Translations under genes and position numbers: made by a program
NCBI GenBank assembly: GCA_003243965.1
Contig: QHBO01000007.1
Span: 14,843-78,842 of the forward strand
Reading direction: 5' to 3'
DNA: 64,000 nt
From: Chloroflexota bacterium
Lineage (GTDB): Bacteria > Chloroflexota > Limnocylindria > QHBO01
The notes under the pieces: model-generated
Database searches by the model: none
The model's input: only the letters and a program-made list of their open reading frames with translations
Told to the model about the DNA's origin: nothing
Part shown: positions 26,847-40,469 of the stretch, piece by piece
Numbering within the stretch: the first letter of the stretch is position 1
Layout: each line of letters starts with the position of its first letter

Positions 26847-28010
26847 TCAGGCGCCGGCGGGCTGCTGGAGGAGCTGCGAGATCGCATCCACGCTGACCAG
26901 CCCCACCACCGCATCGCTGGCGTCCACCACCACGCCGAGCTGGACCGATGAGGCGAGCATCGCCGACAGCGCGTCCCTGAGCGTCGACTCCGGCTGCACC
27001 GGGGTGGCGCCCGGGATGGCGCGGCTGGGGTCGATCGTCCCGTCGCCGCCCACGTCGTGGGTCGTCAGCCAACCGACCGGCCGGCTGCGATCGTCGACGA
27101 GCAGCAGGTAGTCGACGCCCGTCCCCGACAGCCGGCCACGGGCTGCCTGGTACGACTCGCCGATGCGGACGGTCACCGGCTCGATCATCGGCAGGTCGCG
27201 CACGCGCGACAGCGAGAGGCGCTTCAGGCCGCGGTCCGCACCGACGAAGCGTTCCACGAACTCGTTCGCCGGGCTGGCCAGGATCCGGTCCGGCGTGTCG
27301 TATTGTGCCAGGATGCCACCGCGCTCCATGATCGCGATCCGATCGGCCATCTTGATCGCCTCGTCGACATCGTGGGTGACGAAGACGATCGTCTTTCGCA
27401 CCCGGGCCTGAAGGCGCAGAAACTCGTTCTGGAGCCGGTCACGGCGAATCGGATCGACGGCACCGAACGGCTCATCCATGAGCATCACCGGCGGGTCGGC
27501 GGCGAGCGCGCGGGCCACGCCGACCCGCTGGCGCTCCCCGCCGGACAGCGCGGAGGGGTAGCGCGCTCCGTAGTCGCCCGCCTCCAGCCCGACCAGGTCG
27601 AGCAGCTCCTCGACGCGCGCTCGAACGCGCGGCGCGGGCCAACGGAGCAGGCGCGGCACGACCGCCACGTTCTCCGCCACGGTCAGGTGCGGAAAGAGCC
27701 CGACCTGCTGGATCACATACCCGATCCGGCGGCGCAGCTCCGTCGCCCGCAGCTGCATCACATCCTCGCCGCCGATCGTGATCCGGCCGCTGGTCGGCTC
27801 GACCAGCCGGTTGATCATCTTCATCGTGGTGGTCTTGCCGCACCCCGATGGACCGACCAGCACGCAGATCTCCCCCGCGGCGACGGTGAGGCTCAGGTCG
27901 GCGACCGCCGGCACGCTCCCGTACCGCTTCGTCACGTGCTCCAGCGTGACCACGGCGCCGCCGACACTGGCCTGGGGGCCACGCGCCGGGGAGTCGGCCG
28001 TCGCGGTCAT
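26847..28010 (-). CDS. Osmoprotectant ABC ATP-binding protein with CBS domains
   Basis: GPSGCGKTT, LSGGERQR, LMDEPFGAVD, VTHD. Confidence 0.93.
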   Translation of the reverse strand: MTATADSPARGPQASVGGAVVTLEHVTKRYGSVPAVADLSLTVAAGEICVLVGPSGCGKTTTMKMINRLVEPTSGRITIGGEDVMQLRATELRRRIGYVIQQVGLFPHLTVAENVAVVPRLLRWPAPRVRARVEELLDLVGLEAGDYGARYPSALSGGERQRVGVARALAADPPVMLMDEPFGAVDPIRRDRLQNEFLRLQARVRKTIVFVTHDVDEAIKMADRIAIMERGGILAQYDTPDRILASPANEFVERFVGADRGLKRLSLSRVRDLPMIEPVTVRIGESYQAARGRLSGTGVDYLLLVDDRSRPVGWLTTHDVGGDGTIDPSRAIPGATPVQPESTLRDALSAMLASSVQLGVVVDASDAVVGLVSVDAISQLLQQPAGA

Positions 28011-28054
28011 TACCGCATCATACGCAGCGCGGTGCACGCTCCGGCCGGCATCGG

Positions 28055-30058
28055 TCAGCCTGAGCCCTGCCCGAGCGCGAGCTGGTAGATCTGCACCGTC
28101 CCGTGCTCGTAGACGAGCCGGAAGCCGGCTGCGCCGCGAAACTTGGTCGGCGTGGGGCAGTCGGAGGGGAGTTCGCCGGCGATCAGGTACTGCGCGCGCA
28201 ATGAGCCGAGCAGCCGTGCGGCGAGCCCCGGATCGGCCCCGCAGTAGATGCGGTGCACCGTCCGCTCCCGCTCGTCCGGGGCGTACCCCAGGTTGGCGAC
28301 GTACGGCCCGTAGGTCGTGAGCCGGAGGCGGCCGGCGGCATCGGTCGGAGAGTTGAGCCACCCCGACGTGGCAAACACGCTCCTCGGGGGCGTGTTGCCA
28401 GCGATCCAGGTCGCGGCCCGGAGTTGATCGGGACTCAGGACGTTCATTCCGCCGCCCGCCGTCCAGGCCGCGACCAGCAGCGGCGAGGTAACGCTCAGCG
28501 CCAGCACCGCCGCAATGGCGGGTGCCGGCCAACGCGCGATCAGCCACGCGGCAATCAATGCGACCGCGATCCACATCGCCTGGAAGAGCTTGTTCATGTC
28601 GAAATCGATGACGCTGACCCGCACCACGTTCGGGAGCAGGAAGAGCACCAGCACCCAGGCGCCGAGGAAGGCGCGCCACGGATGGCGCGTGGCGACGAGC
28701 GCCAGCAGCGCGAGCACAAATGGCAGGCCAAGGTTGGTGAGGTAGAAGAACGCGACCGCGGCGGGGCCGTCACCGAACGGAGCCGACTCCCAGCCGGCGA
28801 CGAGCGTCAGCGCACCCGAGTGGCCGGACTGGAGTGCCGCCGGCAGGGCGAACGGCAGGGCGAGCAGGTACGGGATCGAGAACAGTCCCGCGTTGCGAAG
28901 CGCGTGACGGTCCGTCAGGCGGCCGCCGATGGCCACGTACAGGAGCGCAACCAGCAGGAATGTGGGGAAGAAGAAGAACTGGAACGGCGCCAGCAGCGCG
29001 CCGAGCAGGCCGGCCAGCCCGATGAGCCACGGCCGATCGTGCCAGCCGCGCCGGCGGCGGGCTGCGGTCGGCAGGCCGGCGATCAGCAGCAGGGTGGCGC
29101 CGACCAGGATCGGCAGGCCGGCCGTCGTGGCGCGATGGACCAGCAGCCCGGTGCCCATCACCGACGGGATCCGGAAGTAGGGCCATCCGGTCAGCCACTG
29201 GTTGTCATAGCTGTTGCGCATCACCAGGCCGATCGGGTCGCCGGCACCGCTCGCCACGTCGCCGATGAGCCGCACGTAACCCAGGCCACCGCCGATCACG
29301 ACCAGCACCACCGCCAGCCAGGCGACCTTCCGGCTGCGCAGCAGCTGCATCGCGAGCCCATGGACCAGGAGCGCAAGCGCGCCGGCGAACAGCGCGGAGT
29401 CGGCCACCATCGCCGGCACGGCGAATCCGTCGGCGGCGCTCGCCGCAATCGCCGCGTGGAAGTCGGCGAACCAGTGGTAGATCAGCGGGACGCCGGCGAA
29501 ATAGGGCACCTGCGGCGGGAAGTTGCCCGCGTTGAGCGACTGGGCGATCGACAGGTGCACCCCAAAATCGCTCCAGTTCGAGCCGCCCGACGAGACCCCC
29601 GCGGGCGTCACCCGCCAGACGCTTGCGCCGAGCACCAGTCCAACGAAGCCGGCCGTGGCCATCGCCAGCAACAGGGGGATGGCGTTGCGCGCAACGACGG
29701 CACGCAGCCGGAGAAGGAACGCGCGTCGAATGCCCGGCACGCGGCGCGTCCATGGGCGTGTCGCCAGGATCGGGATCGGCAGGACGAGCAGGCCGACGGC
29801 AAGGAACACGATCTCGCGCCGATAGCCGCCGGCGAGCAGCGCCAGCCAGTAGACGAGATGCGTGGAGATCGTCGCCGAGATGACCACCGCCAGGCCGATG
29901 CGTGCCGGCAGGCCGAGTCGTGGCCGGCAGATCGCCAGCAGGCACCAGCCCGGAACGAAGGCCAGGATCGGCCACACCACGGGCACGGCGAGCGGCGGGA
30001 CGAGCCACGCGGTGGTCAGCGCCGCGCCGAGGAGAACGGCGGCAAGCGCCCCTGCCAT
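28055..30058 (-). CDS. Multi-pass membrane protein, GT-C glycosyltransferase-like
   Basis: More than 12 TM segments; loop NWSDFGVH...NFPP..PYFAG..L.YHW; C-terminal soluble domain. Confidence 0.6.
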   Translation of the reverse strand: MAGALAAVLLGAALTTAWLVPPLAVPVVWPILAFVPGWCLLAICRPRLGLPARIGLAVVISATISTHLVYWLALLAGGYRREIVFLAVGLLVLPIPILATRPWTRRVPGIRRAFLLRLRAVVARNAIPLLLAMATAGFVGLVLGASVWRVTPAGVSSGGSNWSDFGVHLSIAQSLNAGNFPPQVPYFAGVPLIYHWFADFHAAIAASAADGFAVPAMVADSALFAGALALLVHGLAMQLLRSRKVAWLAVVLVVIGGGLGYVRLIGDVASGAGDPIGLVMRNSYDNQWLTGWPYFRIPSVMGTGLLVHRATTAGLPILVGATLLLIAGLPTAARRRRGWHDRPWLIGLAGLLGALLAPFQFFFFPTFLLVALLYVAIGGRLTDRHALRNAGLFSIPYLLALPFALPAALQSGHSGALTLVAGWESAPFGDGPAAVAFFYLTNLGLPFVLALLALVATRHPWRAFLGAWVLVLFLLPNVVRVSVIDFDMNKLFQAMWIAVALIAAWLIARWPAPAIAAVLALSVTSPLLVAAWTAGGGMNVLSPDQLRAATWIAGNTPPRSVFATSGWLNSPTDAAGRLRLTTYGPYVANLGYAPDERERTVHRIYCGADPGLAARLLGSLRAQYLIAGELPSDCPTPTKFRGAAGFRLVYEHGTVQIYQLALGQGSG

Positions 30059-30084
30059 GGCCTCCGGCGCGCGGCTCGCCGGCG

Positions 30085-30660
30085 TCAGCGCCCGGGTGAG
30101 GTGGCGAGCCGTACGACCGGCTGACGGGGGTCGAGGAGCGCCACGATGCGATCCACCTGGGCCTGGGCGAGCACCTCGTCACCGTCGATCGTGGCGGCGA
30201 ATCGCTCGAGCGCGTCGCTGGAGGGCGCGTCGATGCCCGGGCGCTGGTCCGGCTCCCACGAGACGTCGGCGCCACGAGCCGGGCAGAGGCAGGCGCGGAC
30301 CGCGGCGGGCAGCGCCGCACGATCCAGCAACAGCTCGAGACGATGCCCGGCCAGCCGCGCCGCCGTCACCTCCCGCGCCTCCCACGGAATCCACGAGTCG
30401 GTGGTCGGGTTCCATCGATACCAATGGCCGTTCCGTCGCCGGAAGCGTCCCGTCTCGCGCCCGTGGATGAAGGTCCACGTCCCCGACGGGCCAACGAGCA
30501 CGGCATCGATCGGCGCCGCTCCCGGGGTGAGCACGTGGCGAACGTAGTGGTAGCGGTCATCGAGGGCATGCGCGAGCGCCGTGGCGAGGCGGTCCGGGCC
30601 GAACGGGGAGAGGCCTCGGAGGCCGAAGTGTCGTGGACTGCTCGGGTGGTGGGTGATCAT
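30085..30660 (-). CDS. NERD-like domain protein, catalytic ExK absent
   Basis: LDDRY, IDAVLVGPSG followed by TWTFIHGR. Confidence 0.55.
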   Translation of the reverse strand: MITHHPSSPRHFGLRGLSPFGPDRLATALAHALDDRYHYVRHVLTPGAAPIDAVLVGPSGTWTFIHGRETGRFRRRNGHWYRWNPTTDSWIPWEAREVTAARLAGHRLELLLDRAALPAAVRACLCPARGADVSWEPDQRPGIDAPSSDALERFAATIDGDEVLAQAQVDRIVALLDPRQPVVRLATSPGR

Positions 30661-30766
30661 CGCCTACGCGTTCGAGAGAGCCTAGCCAGATTTGGATCGC
30701 AGTCTACTTGACCCGGCTCGAGCGGCACTAGGGTGATATGCCGAACGCGGCTGGTAGGATCGGCTG

Positions 30767-31333
30767 ATGACCGCCACCGGGCAGACACCCTTCGACGAGG
30801 CGATTCGCACCCTGCTGGGTGAGATCGGCGAGGATCCCGATCGCGACGGGCTGCGGCGCACCCCGCAGCGCGTGCAGCGCATGTACGCGGAGCTGACCGA
30901 GGGCTATCGGACGGATCCTGATGCCCTGATCAACGGTGCCTGCTTCGATGTCGAGTACGACGAGATGGTCGTGGTTCGCGACATCGAGTTCTTCTCCCTG
31001 TGCGAGCATCACCTGCTGCCCTTCCACGGCAGGGCGCACGTCGGCTACCTGCCGCGCGGCAGGGTCATCGGCCTGTCGAAAATCCCGCGGGTGGTCGACA
31101 TGTATGCCCATCGGCTGCAGGTGCAGGAGCGAATGACCCAGCAGGTGGCCGCCTTCCTGATGGAGCGCCTCGAGCCCAAGGGTGTCGGCTGCGTGGTGGA
31201 GGCTTCGCACCTGTGCACCATGATGCGCGGCGTGAGAAAGCAGCAGGCCGCCATGGTCACCAGCTCGATGCTGGGCACCTTCCGCCGGGACGGCCGGACG
31301 CGCAACGAGTTCCTGAAGCTGATCGGGCACTGA
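30767..31333 (+). CDS. folE: GTP cyclohydrolase I
   Basis: [32 protein letters not shown]. Confidence 0.97.
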   Translation: MTATGQTPFDEAIRTLLGEIGEDPDRDGLRRTPQRVQRMYAELTEGYRTDPDALINGACFDVEYDEMVVVRDIEFFSLCEHHLLPFHGRAHVGYLPRGRVIGLSKIPRVVDMYAHRLQVQERMTQQVAAFLMERLEPKGVGCVVEASHLCTMMRGVRKQQAAMVTSSMLGTFRRDGRTRNEFLKLIGH

Positions 31334-31365
31334 CCGATGGCGTCGGGCGGGTAGAATCGCCGCCG

Positions 31366-31818
31366 ATGCCTGCCGATGAGCGCCAGGACCCCGAGCAGCC
31401 CGGGCAGCCCGATGAGCGGCCCACGCCCATCCGGGTCCTGATCGCCAAGCCCGGCCTCGACGGCCACGACCGCGGCGCCAAGGTGCTGGCGCGTGGCCTG
31501 CGGGACGAGGGGTTCGAGGTGATCTACACCGGCCTGCGCCAGACGCCGGAGATGATCGCGGACGCGGCGGAGCAGGAAGACGTCGACGTGGTCGGGCTCT
31601 CCATCCTGTCGGGCGCGCACATGGCGCTGCTGCCGCGCGTCGTGGAGCTGCTGCGCGCCAAGGGGATGGACGACGTGCTGGTCGCGGCCGGCGGGATCAT
31701 CCCCGATGCCGACCTGGCGGCGCTCAGGGAGGCGGGGATCGCGGAGATCTTCGGACCGGGGACCAGTATCGGTCAGATCGCCCGCTATTTCCGCGAGCGC
31801 GCCCGCCGTCCGGGGTGA
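31366..31818 (+). CDS. B12-binding small subunit of acyl-CoA mutase
   Basis: [27 protein letters not shown]. Confidence 0.93.
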   Translation: MPADERQDPEQPGQPDERPTPIRVLIAKPGLDGHDRGAKVLARGLRDEGFEVIYTGLRQTPEMIADAAEQEDVDVVGLSILSGAHMALLPRVVELLRAKGMDDVLVAAGGIIPDADLAALREAGIAEIFGPGTSIGQIARYFRERARRPG

Positions 31819-32735
31819 GCGATCCCGGCAGCCTGCTCGAGGCCGCGCGCACCGGCGACCGCCGTGCGCTGGGGCGCCTGCTGACCATCATCGAGAACCA
31901 GGACCCGACCCTGCGCCCCATCCTGCCGCGGTTGTTTGCCGCCGGGCGAGGCGCCCACCTGATCGGCATCACCGGACCGCCGGGGAGCGGGAAGTCAACG
32001 CTCGTCTCGGCGTTGACCCGCGCCCTGCGTGACCGGGGGCGGCGAGTCGGGATCATCGCCGTCGACCCGTCGTCGCCCTACACGCGCGGGGCGATCATGG
32101 GTGACCGGATCCGGATGATGGAGCACTCCGCCGACCGCGACGTGTTCATGCGCTCGATGGCCAGTCGCGGCGAGCTCGGCGGACTGGCCGCCACGACCTG
32201 GCAGGCGGTTGCCGCGCTGGATGCCGCGGCCTATGACCCGATCCTGATCGAGACCGTCGGCGCCGGCCAGTCCGAGGTGGAGATCGCCGGCCTGGCCGAG
32301 ACGACGGTGGTGGTCGAGGCGCCGGAGATGGGCGACGAGGTGCAGGCGATCAAGGCCGGCCTGCTGGAGGTCGCCGACATCGTGGCCGTCAACAAGGGCG
32401 ATCGCCCCGCGGCGCAGCAATCGGCGCGATACCTGCGCGCGATGCTGTCGACCGCCGGTGGGCGCGTGGGCCGGACCCCGGCGCCGGTGATCCTCACCAC
32501 CGCCACCACCGGCGAGGGGATCGACCGGCTGATCGAGGCCATCGAGCGCCACACGCGCGAGGCCCGCTCTCCGGAACAGTCGCGCGCCCGGGCCGTGAAT
32601 CAGCTGCGCCGAGCGCTCGCAGAGCTCGCGCAGCGGCGCGCGGTCGCTCATGGGGCGTGGCTCACCAGCGTGGAGGCGGTGGCGGAGCGCCGTCTGGACC
32701 CCATCACCGCCGCCGAGCGCCTGCTCGGGTCATGA
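31815..32735 (+). CDS. meaB: Mutase-associated GTPase chaperone
   Basis: [41 protein letters not shown]. Confidence 0.93.
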   Translation: MSDPGSLLEAARTGDRRALGRLLTIIENQDPTLRPILPRLFAAGRGAHLIGITGPPGSGKSTLVSALTRALRDRGRRVGIIAVDPSSPYTRGAIMGDRIRMMEHSADRDVFMRSMASRGELGGLAATTWQAVAALDAAAYDPILIETVGAGQSEVEIAGLAETTVVVEAPEMGDEVQAIKAGLLEVADIVAVNKGDRPAAQQSARYLRAMLSTAGGRVGRTPAPVILTTATTGEGIDRLIEAIERHTREARSPEQSRARAVNQLRRALAELAQRRAVAHGAWLTSVEAVAERRLDPITAAERLLGS

Positions 32736-33109
32736 TTCACCACGTACAGCTCGGCGCCCCGGCAGGGAGCGAGCCGCTCTCCCGAGCCTTCTGGAGCGAG
32801 CTGCTCGGTTTCGACGAGGTCGCCAAGCCCACCGATCTCGCGGAACGGGGAGGCTGCTGGTTCCGCCGCGGCCAGATCGAGATCCACGTCGGCGCCGAGG
32901 AAGGATTCCGCCCCGCCCGTCGGGCCCATCCCGGGCTGCTGGTGGAGGACCTCGACCGCGAGGCGGAGCGCCTGGCTCGCGCCGGCATCGCCGTCGAGTG
33001 GGACGACCACCTTCCGGGAATGCGCCGCTTCTACGCATCCGATCCGCACGCCAATCGCCTCGAGTTCCTGCAGCCGGCGCAGCACATCACCCCAAACGTC
33101 GGCTGCTAG
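32732..33109 (+). CDS. VOC/glyoxalase family protein
   Basis: IHHVQL, KP..LA.RGGCWF, AHPGL, RFYASDP..NRLEF. Confidence 0.85.
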   Translation: MIHHVQLGAPAGSEPLSRAFWSELLGFDEVAKPTDLAERGGCWFRRGQIEIHVGAEEGFRPARRAHPGLLVEDLDREAERLARAGIAVEWDDHLPGMRRFYASDPHANRLEFLQPAQHITPNVGC

Positions 33110-33120
33110 TCTTCGCGCCG

Positions 33121-33993
33121 ATGACTATCGAGCGCGTCTTCGTCCTGGGCGCGGGCCTGATGGGCCACGGGATCGCCCAGGTCAGCGCGGCGGCGGGCAA
33201 GCGGGTAACCCTCGCCGATCGCACTGTCGAGCTTGCCGAGCGAGGCATGCAGCGGATCGCCGCGAACCTCGCGCGCAGCGTCGGCAAGCGACGCATGGAC
33301 CAGCCGGCGGCCGACGCGATCCTCGGCCGGATCACCGCCGCACAGGGCACCGACGGGGTCGTGGGCCATGACCTGGTGGTCGAGGCGATCTTCGAGGACG
33401 AGGCCCTCAAGCGGGAGACCTGGCAGGCCATCGCTCATGCGGCGGATGACGACGCCATCTTTGCGAGCAACACGAGCAGCATCAGCATCACCGCGCTCGC
33501 GACCGCCACCGATCGGCCGGCGAAGTTCATCGGCCTGCACTTCTTCTCGCCGGTGCCGGTGATGCGGCTGATCGAGATCATCCGAGGCCTGGAGACCGAC
33601 GACGCGACACACGCGGCCTGCCGAGGCTTCGCCGAGGAGCTGGGCAAGACCGTGATCGAGTCGCGCGACATGCCCGGCTTCCTCGTCAACCGCATGCTCG
33701 GGCCGTTCATCAACGAGGCGGTCTTCGCCCTGATGGAGTCGACCGGCAGCGCGGAGGACATCGACACCGGAGCGAAGCTCGGCCTCAACCACCCGATGGG
33801 GCCGCTCGAGCTGTCCGACTTCATCGGCAACGACGTGATGCTCGGTGTGATGGACGTCCTGCACCGCGGCTTCGGCGACCCGAAGTTCCGGGCCGCCCCG
33901 CTCCTGCGCCAGATGGTGGCGGCCGGCCACCTGGGCAGAAAGACCGGGCGCGGGTTCTATCGATATGACGAGGCAGGGAACAGGATCGGCTGA
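33121..33993 (+). CDS. hbd: 3-hydroxybutyryl-CoA dehydrogenase
   Basis: GAGLMG, SNTSS, GLHFFSP, PGF.VNR, HPMGP, GRKTGRGFY. Confidence 0.92.
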   Translation: MTIERVFVLGAGLMGHGIAQVSAAAGKRVTLADRTVELAERGMQRIAANLARSVGKRRMDQPAADAILGRITAAQGTDGVVGHDLVVEAIFEDEALKRETWQAIAHAADDDAIFASNTSSISITALATATDRPAKFIGLHFFSPVPVMRLIEIIRGLETDDATHAACRGFAEELGKTVIESRDMPGFLVNRMLGPFINEAVFALMESTGSAEDIDTGAKLGLNHPMGPLELSDFIGNDVMLGVMDVLHRGFGDPKFRAAPLLRQMVAAGHLGRKTGRGFYRYDEAGNRIG

Positions 33994-35174
33994 TGGTCGC
34001 CACCGCCGCGCAGCGCCGCGACCCGTTCGCGCTCACCGAGGAGCAGCGGCAGATCCGGGACACGGTGCGTGCCTTCGCGGAGGCGGAGATCGCACCCACC
34101 GCCGCGGAGCGGGACGAGGAGGAGCGCTACGACCGCGCGCTGTTCGAGCGGGCAGCGGAGCTGGGCCTGACCGGCCTTCCGTATCCGGAGGAGTATGGGG
34201 GCGCCGGCCTGGGCTCCTTCGAATGGGCACTGGCCTGTGAGGAGATCGCGGCGGCCGACATGGGGATGGCGGTCTCGCTGAGCGTGCACGTCCTCGCTCA
34301 GCTTCCGATCCTGGCCTTCGGCAGCCCGGCCCAGAAGGACCGATGGCTGCCGCGCATGGCCGCCGGCAAGTTGCTCGGAGCCTTCGCGCTGACCGAGCCG
34401 CAGGCGGGGTCCGACGCCTCGGCGATTGCGCTGCGTGCGGAGCGCTCCGCCGACGGCTACCTGCTGACCGGGACCAAGGTGTGGACCACCAACGCGGGAG
34501 AGGCTGAGGTGTACGTGGTGTTCGCCACCGTCGACCGCAGTGCCGGCCGGCAGGGGATCACCGCCTTCGTGCTCGAGCGCGATGCTCCGGGCTTCCGGTT
34601 CGGAGCCAAGGAGCGGAAGATGGGCATCCGCGGCACCACCGCGCGCGAGCTGGTGTTCGAAGGGGCACAGGTGCCGGAGGATCGGCGGCTCGGAGCGGAG
34701 GGGGAGGGCCTGAAGGTGGCGCTCAGCGCCCTGGGCGCCGGCCGCATCTCGATCGCGGCGGCGTGTGTCGGGCTTGCCCGCTCGGCGCTTGAGCATGCCG
34801 CGCGGTATGCGGTCGTCAGGACCCAGTTCGGCGCCGCAATCGCGGATCAGCAGGCGATCCAGATCCTGCTCGCGGATGCCGCGACGGCGGTCCACGCCGC
34901 GCGACTGCTCACCTGGCACGCGGCGCACCTGCGTGACGCCGGCCAGCCGGTCAATTCCGCCTCGAGCATGGCGAAGCTGTTCGCCAGCGACACCGCGATG
35001 CAGGTCACGACCGATGCCGTCCAGATCTACGGTGGCGCGGGGTACAGCCGCGACAACCCGGTGGAGCGGCTGATGCGCGACGCAAAGGGAGCGCAGATCT
35101 ACGAGGGAACGAACCAGATCCACCGCCTGATCATCGCGCAGCAGCTGGTGGAAGACCTGCGGCGCAGCGGGTGA
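33993..35174 (+). CDS. Acyl-CoA dehydrogenase (short/branched-chain type)
   Basis: FALTEPQAGSD, KMGIRG, QIYGGAGY, IYEGT. Confidence 0.95.
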   Translation: MVATAAQRRDPFALTEEQRQIRDTVRAFAEAEIAPTAAERDEEERYDRALFERAAELGLTGLPYPEEYGGAGLGSFEWALACEEIAAADMGMAVSLSVHVLAQLPILAFGSPAQKDRWLPRMAAGKLLGAFALTEPQAGSDASAIALRAERSADGYLLTGTKVWTTNAGEAEVYVVFATVDRSAGRQGITAFVLERDAPGFRFGAKERKMGIRGTTARELVFEGAQVPEDRRLGAEGEGLKVALSALGAGRISIAAACVGLARSALEHAARYAVVRTQFGAAIADQQAIQILLADAATAVHAARLLTWHAAHLRDAGQPVNSASSMAKLFASDTAMQVTTDAVQIYGGAGYSRDNPVERLMRDAKGAQIYEGTNQIHRLIIAQQLVEDLRRSG

Positions 35175-37111
35175 TCGCGCAGCCCCGGGAAGCGCCATTC
35201 GAGCCGCTTCGGCTGCCCGATGCGGAGCGTGTGGCGAATGTGCTCGAGCTCGTTCACCGCACGGTGCAGCGGCTCCCGGATCGCGAGGCGCTGCGCTGGA
35301 AGCTTCCACCGCCGCGCCGCACCCCCGGTGGCCGCGTGGACCCACGCGCGGACGAGGGCGAGCGGACATGGGCGAGCTCCACGTACGGCGAGACGTGGGC
35401 CTGGATCCGGGATGCCTCGATGGGCCTCGCGTCGCTCGGCATCGGATCCGGAGACCGGGTCTGCATCCTGAGCCGCACCCGGCCGGAGTGGCTCGTGGCC
35501 GACCTGGCGACGATGGCGCTCGGCGCTGTCGCGTGCCCGATCTACCCGTCCTCCGAGCCGGAGCAGACGGCATTCATCATCAACAACGTGCAGGCCCGGC
35601 TGATCGTGGTCGAGAACGCGCAGCAGGCCGCCAAGGTCGCATCCGTACGCGACCAGTGTCCGAGCCTCGAGACGGTGATCCTCATCGAGGAGCGTGGCGG
35701 CAGGACAGCGCCGGGCACGATCAGTCTCGAGGAGCTGGTGGACCGCGCATCGTCGGATGGCGACCATCGGCGCATCTGGCAGGACGGTTGGCGGCGCATC
35801 GGGCGCGAGGACGTCGCCACCATCATCCATACCTCGGGGACCACCGGTGTTCCGAAGGGAGCGGTGCTCACCCACGGCAACCTCGTCTTCAACTACGAGG
35901 CCGTCCTCCAGTGCGTCGACTTCCGCGAGACCGATGTCTTCCTGTCGTGGCTTCCGCTCAGCCACATCTACGAGCGCGTGGCGGGGATGGTGGTGCCGAT
36001 GGGCCGGGGCTGCACGATCGCCTATGCCGAGCCGCTGATCGAGCGGCTGCCGGCCAACATGGTCGAGATCCGCCCGACGGTGATGGTCGCCGTGCCGCGG
36101 CTCTACGAGCGCGTCTACGCACGCGTCCTGTCGACCGTCGAGGCCGCCTCCCCGATGCGGCGCCGGATCTTCGGCTGGGCGGTGGCGCTCGGGCGGCAGA
36201 AGTACGCGAATCATGTCGCGAGGCGGGGCGACTCGCCGTGGCTCAGCGCCCAGCTGTGGCTGGCGGACCGTCTGGTCTTCAATCGGATCCGGTCGCGCAC
36301 CGGCGGTCGGGTCCGGTACTTCGTCTCGGGCTCGGCACCGCTCAGCCGCGAGATCGGCGAGCTCTTCTACGCAATGGGCATGCTCGTGCTGGAAGGCTAC
36401 GGGCTGACCGAGACGAGCCCGTTCGTATCGATCAACCGTCCCGACGACATCGTGTTCGGGACAGTCGGGCGGCCGGCCCCCGACACCGAGGTGCGGATCG
36501 AGGAGGGCAGCGGCGAGATCTGCGTCCGCGGTCCCCAGGTGATGCGCGGCTACCTCGACGATCGGGAGGCAACGGCGGCCGCCATCGATGCGGCGGGCTG
36601 GTTCCACACCGGGGACATCGGTGAGCTCGACGCGGACGGCCGGATCCTGATCACCGATCGCCTGAAGAACATCATCGTGCTGGCGAATGGCAAGAATGTG
36701 TCGCCCGCGCCGATGGAGTCCGCGCTGGCCAGCTCGCGGTACATCGCCCAGGCGGTGATCCTGGGCGATCGACAGCCGTACACCGGCGCGCTGGTCGTCC
36801 CCGACTTCGATGAGCTGGAACGATGGGCGGCACAGAATGCGCTATCGGGGCACACGCCGGAGCAGCTGATCGAGGACCGAGGCGTGCAGACGCTCATCGA
36901 CGCCGAGGTGCGCCGCACGCTGGATCGCTTTGCCGCCTTCGAGCGGCCCCGACGCGTCGCGCTGCTGCCGCGCCCCCTCACCGAGGAGGCCGGTGAGTTG
37001 ACGCCGTCGATGAAGACCAAGAATCGGGTGGTGGTCGCCAACTGGCCGCAGAAGATCGCCGAGCTTTTCGGGGAGAACCGCGTCGACGGAGGGTCGCAGT
37101 CGCCGCCCTGA
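35171..37111 (+). CDS. fadD: Long-chain fatty acid-CoA ligase
   Basis: TSGTTGVPKG, EGYGLTET, GWFHTGD, ELTPSMK. Confidence 0.9.
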   Translation: MIAQPREAPFEPLRLPDAERVANVLELVHRTVQRLPDREALRWKLPPPRRTPGGRVDPRADEGERTWASSTYGETWAWIRDASMGLASLGIGSGDRVCILSRTRPEWLVADLATMALGAVACPIYPSSEPEQTAFIINNVQARLIVVENAQQAAKVASVRDQCPSLETVILIEERGGRTAPGTISLEELVDRASSDGDHRRIWQDGWRRIGREDVATIIHTSGTTGVPKGAVLTHGNLVFNYEAVLQCVDFRETDVFLSWLPLSHIYERVAGMVVPMGRGCTIAYAEPLIERLPANMVEIRPTVMVAVPRLYERVYARVLSTVEAASPMRRRIFGWAVALGRQKYANHVARRGDSPWLSAQLWLADRLVFNRIRSRTGGRVRYFVSGSAPLSREIGELFYAMGMLVLEGYGLTETSPFVSINRPDDIVFGTVGRPAPDTEVRIEEGSGEICVRGPQVMRGYLDDREATAAAIDAAGWFHTGDIGELDADGRILITDRLKNIIVLANGKNVSPAPMESALASSRYIAQAVILGDRQPYTGALVVPDFDELERWAAQNALSGHTPEQLIEDRGVQTLIDAEVRRTLDRFAAFERPRRVALLPRPLTEEAGELTPSMKTKNRVVVANWPQKIAELFGENRVDGGSQSPP

Positions 37112-37169
37112 GCCGGGCTGCCTCGGCGCCGATCAGCGGCGAGGAACCGACGTGGGTACCATTCCGCGC

Positions 37170-38354
<1,185 letters not shown>

Positions 38355-38511
38355 GGGCGGCGCTCGACCGGCGTGACTCGCCCGAGAACGGAGCCCCGAA
38401 CCGCCCGCCTATAATCGCAGCCGGCTCCGCGGCCCGCCTCCACCTGTCTCGGTGTGCAGAGGCGCCGATGCGCGCGCCGACAGATTCGACAAAGGAGTTC
38501 GACCCACACCG

Positions 38512-39780
<1,269 letters not shown>

Positions 39781-39802
39781 GGGTCTATGAACGCGCAATC
39801 GA

Positions 39803-39847
39803 CCGATGCGGGCGCCGGCGCACAACGCCGGCGCCCATTCACATCGG
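39803..39847 (+). terminator. Strong hairpin after gdh
   Basis: gggcgccggcg-cacaa-cgccggcgccc, extendable with ccgatg/catcgg. Confidence 0.55.
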
Positions 39848-39863
39848 CACGGAGGACCTGACG

Positions 39864-40469
39864 ATGCTCGACCACGAAGAGCGCTTCCTCTTTCGCGAGG
39901 AGATCCTGAACATGGCCAACGCGCTCGCCGAGCCGGGGCAGCTCGACAACGTGGAGGACCTCCTGGCCGAGGTGACCACCAGCCCGCGCTTCGACTCCGA
40001 TGTCTTCACCCTGGAACGCTCGCTGCAGGTGATGATCGGAGCCCGCGCCGGCTCGACGCTGGTCGGCCTGCTGACGGTCACCCGCGAGGTGTTCGACGAG
40101 CTGGGGGAGATCGGCATTCCGGGCGAGATTCACGAGCGGCTCGTGAGCTGGCGCGCCCGATTCGGGCTGGCGATCGACAACGCGCTCAACTTCCTGAACA
40201 ACCCCGATGGCATCCAGGGCCACAACTTCGGAACGCAGCTGCTCCACGCGGAGGGCGGCACGACCCTCCAGGGACGGTTGACCCTGGTCCGCTACAACAA
40301 CGAGCCGCAGTTCTTCATCGCCGACGCGGACGTCCTGCTCAACGTGGCCGCCGACATGATGGAGCGTCTCGGGGAGCATCTTGCGCCGGAGATGATCGAA
40401 CCCGAGCTGATCCAGCGTCTGCGCGAGGGCGTGGAGCTGCTCGACCGGCGGACCAAGGCGCCGCGTTGA
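39864..40469 (+). CDS. Hypothetical soluble protein
   Basis: GGAGG RBS, strong coding bias, stop overlaps the next start. Confidence 0.75.
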   Translation: MLDHEERFLFREEILNMANALAEPGQLDNVEDLLAEVTTSPRFDSDVFTLERSLQVMIGARAGSTLVGLLTVTREVFDELGEIGIPGEIHERLVSWRARFGLAIDNALNFLNNPDGIQGHNFGTQLLHAEGGTTLQGRLTLVRYNNEPQFFIADADVLLNVAADMMERLGEHLAPEMIEPELIQRLREGVELLDRRTKAPR

